Positions 45,038 to 52,985 of a stretch of 64,000 nucleotides of DNA are shown piece by piece. The notes below the pieces were generated by a model, which did no database searches, had not been told where the DNA came from, and saw only the letters and a program-made list of their open reading frames with translations. How positions within the stretch are numbered: position 1 is the first letter of the stretch; every line of letters begins with the position of its first letter. Position numbers and translations under genes: made by a program. This DNA is from an uncultured Candidatus Binatia bacterium. Its GTDB lineage: Bacteria > Desulfobacterota > Binatia > UBA9968 > JAJDTQ01. The stretch is taken from NCBI GenBank assembly GCA_965213675.1, contig OZ243916.1, forward strand, positions 96,001-160,000, read 5' to 3'.

Positions 45038-45898
45038 ATGCCCAGACCGCGCCCCATCCAGTGGCCGGACAATGCCAAGATTTGCGTCACTTTCATCATT
45101 CCGTGGGAGGTGTGGCCGGACAACTACGCCACCCGCGGTTCCCTCCAGCGCGTCAGCCATCCGCTGCCGCCGGAGAACGCCGTCTTCAAGCAGAACATGG
45201 CCGCGGTCACCGAGCGCGAGTACGGGGACCGGGTCGGCATCTGGCGCATCATGGACATGTTCGAGCGGCACAATCTCAAGGTCACCTTCCTGATGAACGG
45301 CAAGAAGGTGGAGCAGTTCCCCGACGAGTGCAAGGAGTTTCAGGCCCAGGGGCACGAGTTTTCCTCGGAGTGTTACGAGCACGAATACGCGTTCATGTAC
45401 ACGCGGGAAGAAGAGCGGAAATCCATCCAGGATACGGTGGCCGCCTTCAGGAACGTCCTCGGCGCGCCTCCCACCGGCTATCTGTCGCCCGGTCACGCGT
45501 CCACGAACAACACGCTGGACTTGGTGGCGGAGGCTGGGTTCGTGTGGTGGGCCGACCCGCTCAATTCGGACATCCCCTATACCGTCGAGGCCGGCGGACG
45601 CAAGGTCGCGGTGGTGCCGTACAACGTGCCGGGGTGCAACGACTACTCCACCTACGGCGGTGGTCGCACGCCTCGTGACCTGCTCCAGATCATGAAGGAT
45701 CAGTTCGACTACCTCTATTGGGAAGGTGAACAGGGCGCGCCCAAGTTCTTCGCCTTCAATCTCCACCCGTTCGTCTCCGGTGTGCCCTACCGCACCCGGA
45801 TCGTCGACGAGTTCATCAAGTACGCCAAGGGCTTCAGCGATGTCTGGTTCGCGCGCCGTCTGGAGATCGCCAACTGGGTGCTGGATCAGGGTTACTGA
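45038..45898 (+). CDS. Polysaccharide deacetylase family protein (PuuE/allantoinase-like)
   Basis: GAGGAG SD; WPDNAK, EYGDRVGIWRI, NSDIPY, DQFDYLYWEG, LHPFVSG. Confidence 0.88.
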   Translation: MPRPRPIQWPDNAKICVTFIIPWEVWPDNYATRGSLQRVSHPLPPENAVFKQNMAAVTEREYGDRVGIWRIMDMFERHNLKVTFLMNGKKVEQFPDECKEFQAQGHEFSSECYEHEYAFMYTREEERKSIQDTVAAFRNVLGAPPTGYLSPGHASTNNTLDLVAEAGFVWWADPLNSDIPYTVEAGGRKVAVVPYNVPGCNDYSTYGGGRTPRDLLQIMKDQFDYLYWEGEQGAPKFFAFNLHPFVSGVPYRTRIVDEFIKYAKGFSDVWFARRLEIANWVLDQGY

Positions 45899-45910
45899 CA
45901 CCGTGTCTCG

Positions 45911-46723
45911 TCATGGTGGCGGGTCGTTGGGAAGACGGCTCATGACGGCGCCGAGTTCCAGAGTCCTGCCGTACACGCTGCGCGCACAGTCGCTGAGGAG
46001 GAAGGCCGCCACCGCGGCGACCTCCCCGGCCGACGGGACGTCACTTTCCCGGCACGGGCGCCTGTCCCCGATTGCCGTCCCCGCGGGCGGCGGTTCCGGC
46101 TCACCCGGCGCCGGATCGGACTCGGGCCGCACCCGGCCGGCGCGTATGGGGCGCCGCCAGAAGGGCGGCGGCTTCAGGACGTTCAGGGTGACATTATCCT
46201 GAGCGGCTTCCGTGGCGACGCCATGCAACCATGCCGTGAGCGCGGCGTCGGTGGCGGCACGGACGCTGCCCCCAGCGCCGTTGCGATCCTCCGGCCATGG
46301 AACCATCCAGAGGACGCGCCCCCAGCACCGGCTCCGCATTCCGCGAAGAAGAGTCTCCGTGAGCGCCCTGAAGCGCAGGAATCCGTCGTCGAGCCGGGCG
46401 CTCCAGTCGGGGTTGCCCTGTCCATCGTCCCGCAAGGCGTGCCGGACGATGCCGAACAGGATATCGATGGCGCCGAAGTCGCGTGCGATCCGCTCCACCT
46501 GGCCGCCGGCCGACGCTTCGCTCCACGCCTCCAGGGGGTAGCCGGCGGTCCGGACGCCACCCCGCTCCGCGGCTTCGGCGGCCACCCGTCGCGCCGCCCA
46601 TTCCTTGCGCGCGCACACGGCCACGTTGGCGCCCTCGGCGGCCAGCGCTCCGGCCACGGCCCGGCCGATGCCGCGAGATCCGCCGAAGACCAGTGCGCTG
46701 CGGCCCTTGATGCCCAGGTCCAT
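45911..46723 (-). CDS. Atypical short-chain dehydrogenase/reductase
   Basis: MDLGIKGRSALVFGGSRGIG Rossmann start, C-terminal AAFLLSD; catalytic region divergent. Confidence 0.75.
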   Translation of the reverse strand: MDLGIKGRSALVFGGSRGIGRAVAGALAAEGANVAVCARKEWAARRVAAEAAERGGVRTAGYPLEAWSEASAGGQVERIARDFGAIDILFGIVRHALRDDGQGNPDWSARLDDGFLRFRALTETLLRGMRSRCWGRVLWMVPWPEDRNGAGGSVRAATDAALTAWLHGVATEAAQDNVTLNVLKPPPFWRRPIRAGRVRPESDPAPGEPEPPPAGTAIGDRRPCRESDVPSAGEVAAVAAFLLSDCARSVYGRTLELGAVMSRLPNDPPP

Positions 46724-46735
46724 GCGTCTCTCCGT

Positions 46736-48655
46736 TCATCCTGAATGCGCGAGCGCCGCCGGGGGCGGACCGCTCAGGGCCTCTACCAACTCTGTTTCCC
46801 GGGACATCATGTCGGCGAAGTAGCCGTTTCCGCGGACGAGTTCCGCGGGAGATCCCTGCTCGGTGATCTTTCCCTGGTCGAGACAGATGACCCGGTCCAC
46901 GTGGCGCAGCGCGGACAACCGGTGGGCGATGATGATGACCGTCCGCCCTTGTGCCAAGCCCTGCAGGTTCCGCTGGATGCGCAGCTCGTCCTCCTTGTCC
47001 AGGGCGCTCGTGGCTTCATCCAGAATGAGCAACGCACGCGCATGAAACAACCCGCGCGCCAGCGCCAGCCGCTGCCGTTCACCGCCCGAGAGAAGGCTGC
47101 CGCGGGCGCCGATGGTGGTGGCGTAGCCCTTGGGCATGCGGGTGATGAACTCGTGGGCGCACGCCGCCTTGGCGGCCGCGGTCACCTGCGGCATCTGGCG
47201 CTCGCCCGGTCCCAGCGCGATGTTGTCGGCGATGCTGCGCCGGAAGATCGGATAGTCCTGCTCCACTGCGCCGATGTGAGCGCGCAGCCACGCGGGATCG
47301 ATGATCGTCGCGTCGACGTTGTCGAGGAGCACGCGCCCCTCGTTGGCCAGGTAGAGTCTCTGAATCAACCGGCTGAGGGTGCTCTTGCCTGAGCCCGACG
47401 GCCCTGCGATGCCCACGGTTTCGCCGGGCGCGACATCGAAGGTCACGCCGTCGAGTGCCATCCGGTCGGTGTCCGGATAGCGGAAGCGGACGTCCTCGAA
47501 ACGAATGCCCCCCGTGAAAGCGGGCGGCCGGATGAGGTGCCCGCCGTGGCGCTCCGTCTCCTCGTTGAGCACGGTGGCCAGTTCCTTCACCAGCCCGCGT
47601 GACCGGCCGAAGTCGTACGCGAACAGGCACAGGCGCATCATGGGCTGGGAAAAGCGCATGTTGACCAGGTTGACCGCCACGAGCTGGCCCAGGGTGAGTT
47701 GGCCGTCCAGGACCATGGAGGCGCCGAACCAGAGCAGCCCGGCCGTGGCGAGACGGTTCACGAACTGGTTGTACTGGGTCGTGGATTCGCGCAGGTCTTG
47801 CGTGTCCTCCTCCGATGCCACCGCGGCGTCCACACGGTCGACGAGGAAGTCTTCCTGGGCCCTCACCTCGTTCATGCCCTTGACGGTCTCGATGCCGGTG
47901 AAGGTGTCGAGCACCGCCTCGTTGCTTTCCCGCCGGTTCCCGCGGGTGCGCCGGGTCCATCGCCGCAATGTCGGCATCACCACAAAGGCCGGAGCGATGT
48001 AGAGGGGAAGGGAGGCCAGGATGATCATCGACAACGTCAGGCTGAAATTCAGCATCAGCGCCAGGAAGACGACCACGAAGACGACGTCGACGAACACGAA
48101 CACCACGGCGTTGGTGAGGAAGCGCCGCAGTTGCTGAAGCTCCTCGATGCGGGAGAGGGTCTCCACCGGGGTGTTGCGGAGGTAGAAGGACGCGGGCAGC
48201 TCCAGCGAGTGACGAATGAGCCGCGACAGCAGCGTGCGGTCCATGTGGCGCACGGCCCGGCGCAGCGCGCGGTGGCGCGCCGCGCGCAGGATGGCTTCGA
48301 ACAACAGGAAGAAGAGCAGGCTGACGATAATGACGTCGAGGGTGGCGGCGCCCCGGTTGGACAGGACCTTGTCGATGATGATCAGGAAGGCGAAAGGGTA
48401 GATGTAACCCAGGAGGTTGACGAAGAAGGACGCCGCCACCAACGGTCCGAAGACAGCCTTGTTGTGGAATATGTGCTTCGCGACGGAGGCGAGCGAGAAC
48501 TCCGCGTCTTCCCCTTCGACGGGACTCGCCGGCCTCTCCGCGGGATCGCCGGTGGGCTCCACGCGCGGTCGGGCCCGGCCCGGCGCACCCGCGCCCCGGG
48601 GGCGGGCGCCGGCCGGCCCACGGCCCTCAAGCCTGTGCTGCGTCGCGGGCGTCAT
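46736..48655 (-). CDS. HlyB/PCAT-type ABC exporter lacking the C39 peptidase domain
   Basis: IIIDKVL, LTLGQLVA TMD; GPSGSGKST, LSGGERQ, ILDEATS, AHRLS. Confidence 0.9.
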   Translation of the reverse strand: MTPATQHRLEGRGPAGARPRGAGAPGRARPRVEPTGDPAERPASPVEGEDAEFSLASVAKHIFHNKAVFGPLVAASFFVNLLGYIYPFAFLIIIDKVLSNRGAATLDVIIVSLLFFLLFEAILRAARHRALRRAVRHMDRTLLSRLIRHSLELPASFYLRNTPVETLSRIEELQQLRRFLTNAVVFVFVDVVFVVVFLALMLNFSLTLSMIILASLPLYIAPAFVVMPTLRRWTRRTRGNRRESNEAVLDTFTGIETVKGMNEVRAQEDFLVDRVDAAVASEEDTQDLRESTTQYNQFVNRLATAGLLWFGASMVLDGQLTLGQLVAVNLVNMRFSQPMMRLCLFAYDFGRSRGLVKELATVLNEETERHGGHLIRPPAFTGGIRFEDVRFRYPDTDRMALDGVTFDVAPGETVGIAGPSGSGKSTLSRLIQRLYLANEGRVLLDNVDATIIDPAWLRAHIGAVEQDYPIFRRSIADNIALGPGERQMPQVTAAAKAACAHEFITRMPKGYATTIGARGSLLSGGERQRLALARGLFHARALLILDEATSALDKEDELRIQRNLQGLAQGRTVIIIAHRLSALRHVDRVICLDQGKITEQGSPAELVRGNGYFADMMSRETELVEALSGPPPAALAHSG

Positions 48656-49487
48656 CGGTGCTCACCAGTGCGAGGCCTTGCGCCGCAAGCTCCTTGATCA
48701 GGTGCCTGCGGGGGTCGTCGGCTTCCGCGCGGGCACTCTCCGCCAACGGTGTCGGATTGCCCGCAGGACCATTTGCCGGGCTTGTCGCGGCAGCAGTCCT
48801 GTCGCCCACGGCCCCGGCGGCGAGGGAACGCCATTCTCGGGAGCCTTCCAGCAGGGTGAAGGCCTCCGGCGCCAACTCCAGAACCCTGGGACGTCGCCGT
48901 CCACGGGTCGCGAGTATCACCATGTGCACCCTTCGTTCCGTCACCGGCTCACGGGAGCGGGTGGGCTCGAACAGGGCGCGCACGTCGTGCCGGCATTGCA
49001 CGAGGCCCGCGCACGGATGTGTCCGGTACCAGAAGCCCGGCTCTTGGGGCCGCGCCGCCAATACATCGCTCTCCATGCCTGCGGGGCGCAGCGTCCGTGC
49101 CCATGCCAGCGCCAGCTCGATGGCCGCGACGTCCGCGGTCCAGGGCGGCCGCGGCGGTTGGTCGACGTCCGGTGCGAGGAACCGTTGGAAGAAACGTTCA
49201 GCGTCCGGGTAGCGCTCATAGGTCCGCGGCGGGCACGCCGTGGCGTAGTCGCGGGCGAGGGCCGGGAACCCGTGTCCCAGCAGCGTGGCGGTGCGCTCGA
49301 ACGTCTGGCGGAGGCGCGCCATGCGCTTGTTGTACGAGAATTCGGCTTCCAGGCGCAGCCGCCCCACATCCATGCCATGAAGCTCGGGGTCCCGGACCGC
49401 GGAGTCGAGGTCGGGAGTCCCGAAGATGAGGGCCGGGCTGGTCAGGTGCCGCAGCAGATGGGTCTGTCTGTCAATGAGCCGGTGCAT
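48627..49487 (-). CDS. DUF2063-like MNIO partner protein (putative RiPP recognition)
   Basis: LRQTFERTATLLG..F..LARDYATACPP and PWTADVAAIELALA patterns; overlaps the DUF692 gene. Confidence 0.75.
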   Translation of the reverse strand: MHRLIDRQTHLLRHLTSPALIFGTPDLDSAVRDPELHGMDVGRLRLEAEFSYNKRMARLRQTFERTATLLGHGFPALARDYATACPPRTYERYPDAERFFQRFLAPDVDQPPRPPWTADVAAIELALAWARTLRPAGMESDVLAARPQEPGFWYRTHPCAGLVQCRHDVRALFEPTRSREPVTERRVHMVILATRGRRRPRVLELAPEAFTLLEGSREWRSLAAGAVGDRTAAATSPANGPAGNPTPLAESARAEADDPRRHLIKELAAQGLALVSTDDARDAAQA

Positions 49488-50358
49488 GAATCATACTCCC
49501 TTCGCTTGTGGAGGCGGCTCTGGCCACCTGCCGGCGGAGCCGCGTCACGTCCGCCAGAAGCTCATCTCCCTGTTCGTAGTCGTTGTCCCGCTCCAGGATC
49601 ACCGTTCGGGGGCGCTGGCGGTCGAGGGCGTACTCCAGGAGATCCAGTGCTTGTTGGGGCACGGGGTGGCTGTGGTTGTCGGCGTGGAAGGGTACGTCGA
49701 GGTAGGGCCGCTGGATGAGAGGACCCCCGGCCGCATGCACCCCGGTCACCACGCCCTCGGGCAGTTGGTCGAGAAACGCCAGCGGATCGACGCCATGGTT
49801 CGAGGCGTTGACGAACAGGTTCTCCACGTCCAGCAGCATGCCCACGCCGGTCTCGCGGAACAGCAGGTTGAAGAACTCCGCGTCGTTCATCTCCGCGTTC
49901 GGAAAGTCGAAGACGTACGAGATGTTCTCGATGGCGAAGGGCACCGGCAAGTGCGCCTGGACCCGCTCGATCTTGCGGATGAGCATGTCCGCGGCGGCGC
50001 GGGTCTTGGGCACCGGCAGCAGGTTGGCGAGGTCGATGCCGGGAACCTTGGTCCAGGCGAGGTGTTCGCTGTAGGACGGAATCTTCAGGTCCTCGATGGT
50101 TTCCGCCACCGCGTCGAGATAGGCCTCGTCCAGGGGAGCGTCGGTGCCGATGGAAAGCCCCACGCCGTGCAGGACAAGGGGCACCCGGTCCACCAGGTTT
50201 TGGATGGCCCGGCGCGCGTAGTCGCCGCCCTTGATGTAGTGGTCCACCGTGACCTCCAGCACGTCGAAGCGGTGCAGGTTCGCCAGCGTCCACTTGGCGA
50301 CGGGAACACGGAAGCCGATGCCGATAAGGGGGGACTCGGATGGAATTGAACTGTTCAT
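49471..50358 (-). CDS. DUF692 multinuclear non-heme iron-dependent oxidative enzyme (MbnB/TglH/ChrH family)
   Basis: GGAGG SD; GIGFR, LHGVGLSIG, YSEHLAW, IENIS, LLDVENL, HAAGG, DNHS, VILERD. Confidence 0.93.
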   Translation of the reverse strand: MNSSIPSESPLIGIGFRVPVAKWTLANLHRFDVLEVTVDHYIKGGDYARRAIQNLVDRVPLVLHGVGLSIGTDAPLDEAYLDAVAETIEDLKIPSYSEHLAWTKVPGIDLANLLPVPKTRAAADMLIRKIERVQAHLPVPFAIENISYVFDFPNAEMNDAEFFNLLFRETGVGMLLDVENLFVNASNHGVDPLAFLDQLPEGVVTGVHAAGGPLIQRPYLDVPFHADNHSHPVPQQALDLLEYALDRQRPRTVILERDNDYEQGDELLADVTRLRRQVARAASTSEGSMIHAPAH

Positions 50359-50656
50359 GGAACCTCCCGACTCGAAATGAAATCATGAGCCCGGCGCTTG
50401 CCGCGTCCGGCACGCACCGGTCTTTGCGAGCGCTGCGCCGCCTTTCACGGCCGCGCTACGTCCTCACAAGTATCAATCGAAAGGTGGTCGCTGAACTTTA
50501 GCCCCGGCCGCTGAAAAACTCCGCGAGCGGCCGGGTCGGTGTGGAACGGAGCGCTATGCGAAAGCTGTGGTATCCGCTTGCGCTCCGACAGGGGAGGTCT
50601 GAAATGGTCAGGGAATTGGCAGGGCCGCCTGTGTGGGGCAACCCTACCGGGCTAAC

Positions 50657-50818
50657 TAGTGTGGTGTCTGGTTAATACGCGTCATAATCTGCGGGTCTTT
50701 TTCGCCGTCGGCTGCGTTGCTCTTCCTCGCGTGGTACACGCCACTGCTCGTCATCGCGCCTTGCCGACGACAAAAAATCCTCCGCAGATTATGACGCGAA
50801 TTAACCAGACACCACACT
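50657..50818 (+). repeat. Palindromic repeat family A, copy 2
   Basis: 37-bp terminal IR AGTGTGGTGTCTGGTTAATACGCGTCATAATCTGCGG (1 mismatch); CTAG/CTGG at ends; core shared with the 40778 copy. Confidence 0.88.
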
Positions 50819-51826
50819 GGCGAGTTCCATGCCCACAATCCGTGCCGGATTGCGGGTGCAGACCGTATACAACTCGTCCTGGTGCAACCCGAATGCCTCC
50901 ATGTAGCCGCGGATAAGGCGCATGGCTTCCACGGAGTCGGGAAACAGCGGCTCGCCGGCATCGCTCGACAGCGCGAAGTGCTCGACCCCCACCTCGCGGA
51001 TGGTGTTGTACATGATCTGGGGATCGACGCCGAGAAGCGGCGACAACTCATCGAAGGTGAAGTTGAACAGGACGCCCAGGGGCGCCAGCTCCTTCATCTG
51101 CTCCACCGATACGTCGAGAAAGGGGCTGTAGGGATGGTCGATGACCAGCCGTGCGAGCCCCGCCTTGTGCGCCTCCTCGGCGATCTTGAAGATCTCCTTG
51201 TGGGTGGGGTGGCCGAAGAACAGCGCCACGTCCCGCTCCACGCACAGCCGGATGACATCCCTGACCTCGGGCTTCAACGTCCCCGATGCGTCGAGGTTGT
51301 AGCGGCCGTGCTCCAGGGCCTTTTCCCAGGAAAGGGGACCCATCCAGCCCTGAGCGTTCATGTCGTGCTCGATGAGTTCCCGGCGGCTGCCCACGATGTG
51401 CATGGTGTTCGCGTGGTTGAAGACCGGCAGCCACAAGGCGACGACGCCGTCGTCGATGGCTCGTTCCGCCAGCTCCGCCGACACCGGTTCGTCGTTGCGG
51501 CCGCACACGAAGCCGGCGAACAGGGCCACTGGCGCGACCCCTTCCTCCGCGGCCCACGCGTCGAGTTGCGCTTGCAGTTCGCGAACCGCCGTCCCTGCCT
51601 TGCCCACGATGGACTTGAACAGGATGCCCTTCATCCCGGCCCGGGAAGCCTTCTTCACCAGGTCCAGGGCATCCTGCTGGCCGGCGTGGGCGTGGCAGTG
51701 GATGTCGATGGCGTCCTGGACCTTGACGTGGCCGGGATGGACCACGCCGGGCTTGTACTGGGTGCGCGCCGCGTAGGAGGTGACGCACCGCTCCTGGGTC
51801 GGGGTAGAGACCACGTTGTCACTCAT
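50801..51826 (-). CDS. DUF6282-like amidohydrolase/PHP-type metalloprotein
   Basis: AIDIHCH, WLP, FGH, IDHP, LSSDAG, RNPA; AGGGAG upstream. Confidence 0.75.
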   Translation of the reverse strand: MSDNVVSTPTQERCVTSYAARTQYKPGVVHPGHVKVQDAIDIHCHAHAGQQDALDLVKKASRAGMKGILFKSIVGKAGTAVRELQAQLDAWAAEEGVAPVALFAGFVCGRNDEPVSAELAERAIDDGVVALWLPVFNHANTMHIVGSRRELIEHDMNAQGWMGPLSWEKALEHGRYNLDASGTLKPEVRDVIRLCVERDVALFFGHPTHKEIFKIAEEAHKAGLARLVIDHPYSPFLDVSVEQMKELAPLGVLFNFTFDELSPLLGVDPQIMYNTIREVGVEHFALSSDAGEPLFPDSVEAMRLIRGYMEAFGLHQDELYTVCTRNPARIVGMELASVVSG

Positions 51827-51932
51827 CGCCTTCTCCCTTCACTGGCCAGGCACGGCCGCCGGAACCGGCTTGCCGTGCGCCATGAGACCGGTTCATATTA
51901 GACCCTCGAAAACCGGAACGGAAGAGGCGGAC

Positions 51933-52946
51933 ATGGATGGAACCGAGTATCTCACGCCCCTCGAGGCGTCGGTGGCGCTGGGCCTTGCCCTGGGCGCCGT
52001 CTACGGCGCGCTGGCCCAGCGCAGCCGATTCTGCCTGCGCCGCAGCCTGGTGGGGCAATGGAGGGAATGCCGGCCGGCGCTCGGCGTCTGGGCCATGGCG
52101 TTTGCCCTGGCCATCGCCGGCACGCAAGGCGCGGTGTCCGCGGGGTGGATCTCCTTCGATGCGCACCGGTTCCTGGCCCCCGACCTGCCCGTCGTCGCGG
52201 TTGTCGTGGGCGGCGCCCTGTTCGGCGCCGGCATGGTGCTCAGCGGCGGCTGCGCCTCCCGGCTCGCGGTGCTGAGCGGTTCCGGCAACCTGCGCGCAGC
52301 CCTTGTTCTGGTGGTCTTCGCGGTGGTCGCGTACGCGATGATGAAGGGTGTGCTGGCGCCGCTGCGCTCGGCGCTCGCCGGGTGGACGCTGGATCCCGGC
52401 GGCAGAGTGACACTGGCGGCTCTGCCCGGCGGGGACGTCTGGATCTGGGGCCTGGCGCTCGCTGCGGGGACCCTGGCGTTCCGCTCCGGAGCGGACCCGC
52501 GCCATGTCGCCATGGGCGCCGCCATCGGGCTGCTGGTGCCGCTGGGGTGGGTCGGCACCGGTTTTGTTCTCCTGGACGACTTCGATCCCGTGCCGCTTCA
52601 GTCCTTGAGTTTCACCGGACCCATGGCCGACACGCTGTTCTGGAGCATGGCGGCCACCGCGGTTCCGGCGGGCTTCGGCACCGGCCTGGCCGCCGGCGTA
52701 TTGGGTGGCAGCCTTGTGGCGGCGGTCCGCGCGGGCGAGTTCCGTTGGATCAGCCTGGAAGGGCCGCGGCAGACCGGACGTTACATGGCCGGCGCGGCGT
52801 TGATGGGGACGGGCGGCGTGCTGGCGGGTGGATGCACGGTGGGGGCCGGACTGTCGGGCGTGTCCACCGGCAGCATCGCCGCGACCCTGGCGCTCATGGC
52901 CATGGCGCTGTCAGCCAGGACGGTGGGGAAGCTGATCCGAGGATAG
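51933..52946 (+). CDS. YeeE/YedE family sulfur/thiosulfate transporter (SoxT-like)
   Basis: RSRFCLRR, FGAGMVLSGGCASR, GGVLAGGCTVGAG. Confidence 0.9.
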   Translation: MDGTEYLTPLEASVALGLALGAVYGALAQRSRFCLRRSLVGQWRECRPALGVWAMAFALAIAGTQGAVSAGWISFDAHRFLAPDLPVVAVVVGGALFGAGMVLSGGCASRLAVLSGSGNLRAALVLVVFAVVAYAMMKGVLAPLRSALAGWTLDPGGRVTLAALPGGDVWIWGLALAAGTLAFRSGADPRHVAMGAAIGLLVPLGWVGTGFVLLDDFDPVPLQSLSFTGPMADTLFWSMAATAVPAGFGTGLAAGVLGGSLVAAVRAGEFRWISLEGPRQTGRYMAGAALMGTGGVLAGGCTVGAGLSGVSTGSIAATLALMAMALSARTVGKLIRG

Positions 52947-52985
52947 CCGCCCCTCAAACGCTTTCCGTTCATGGCCTCTGGAGGA

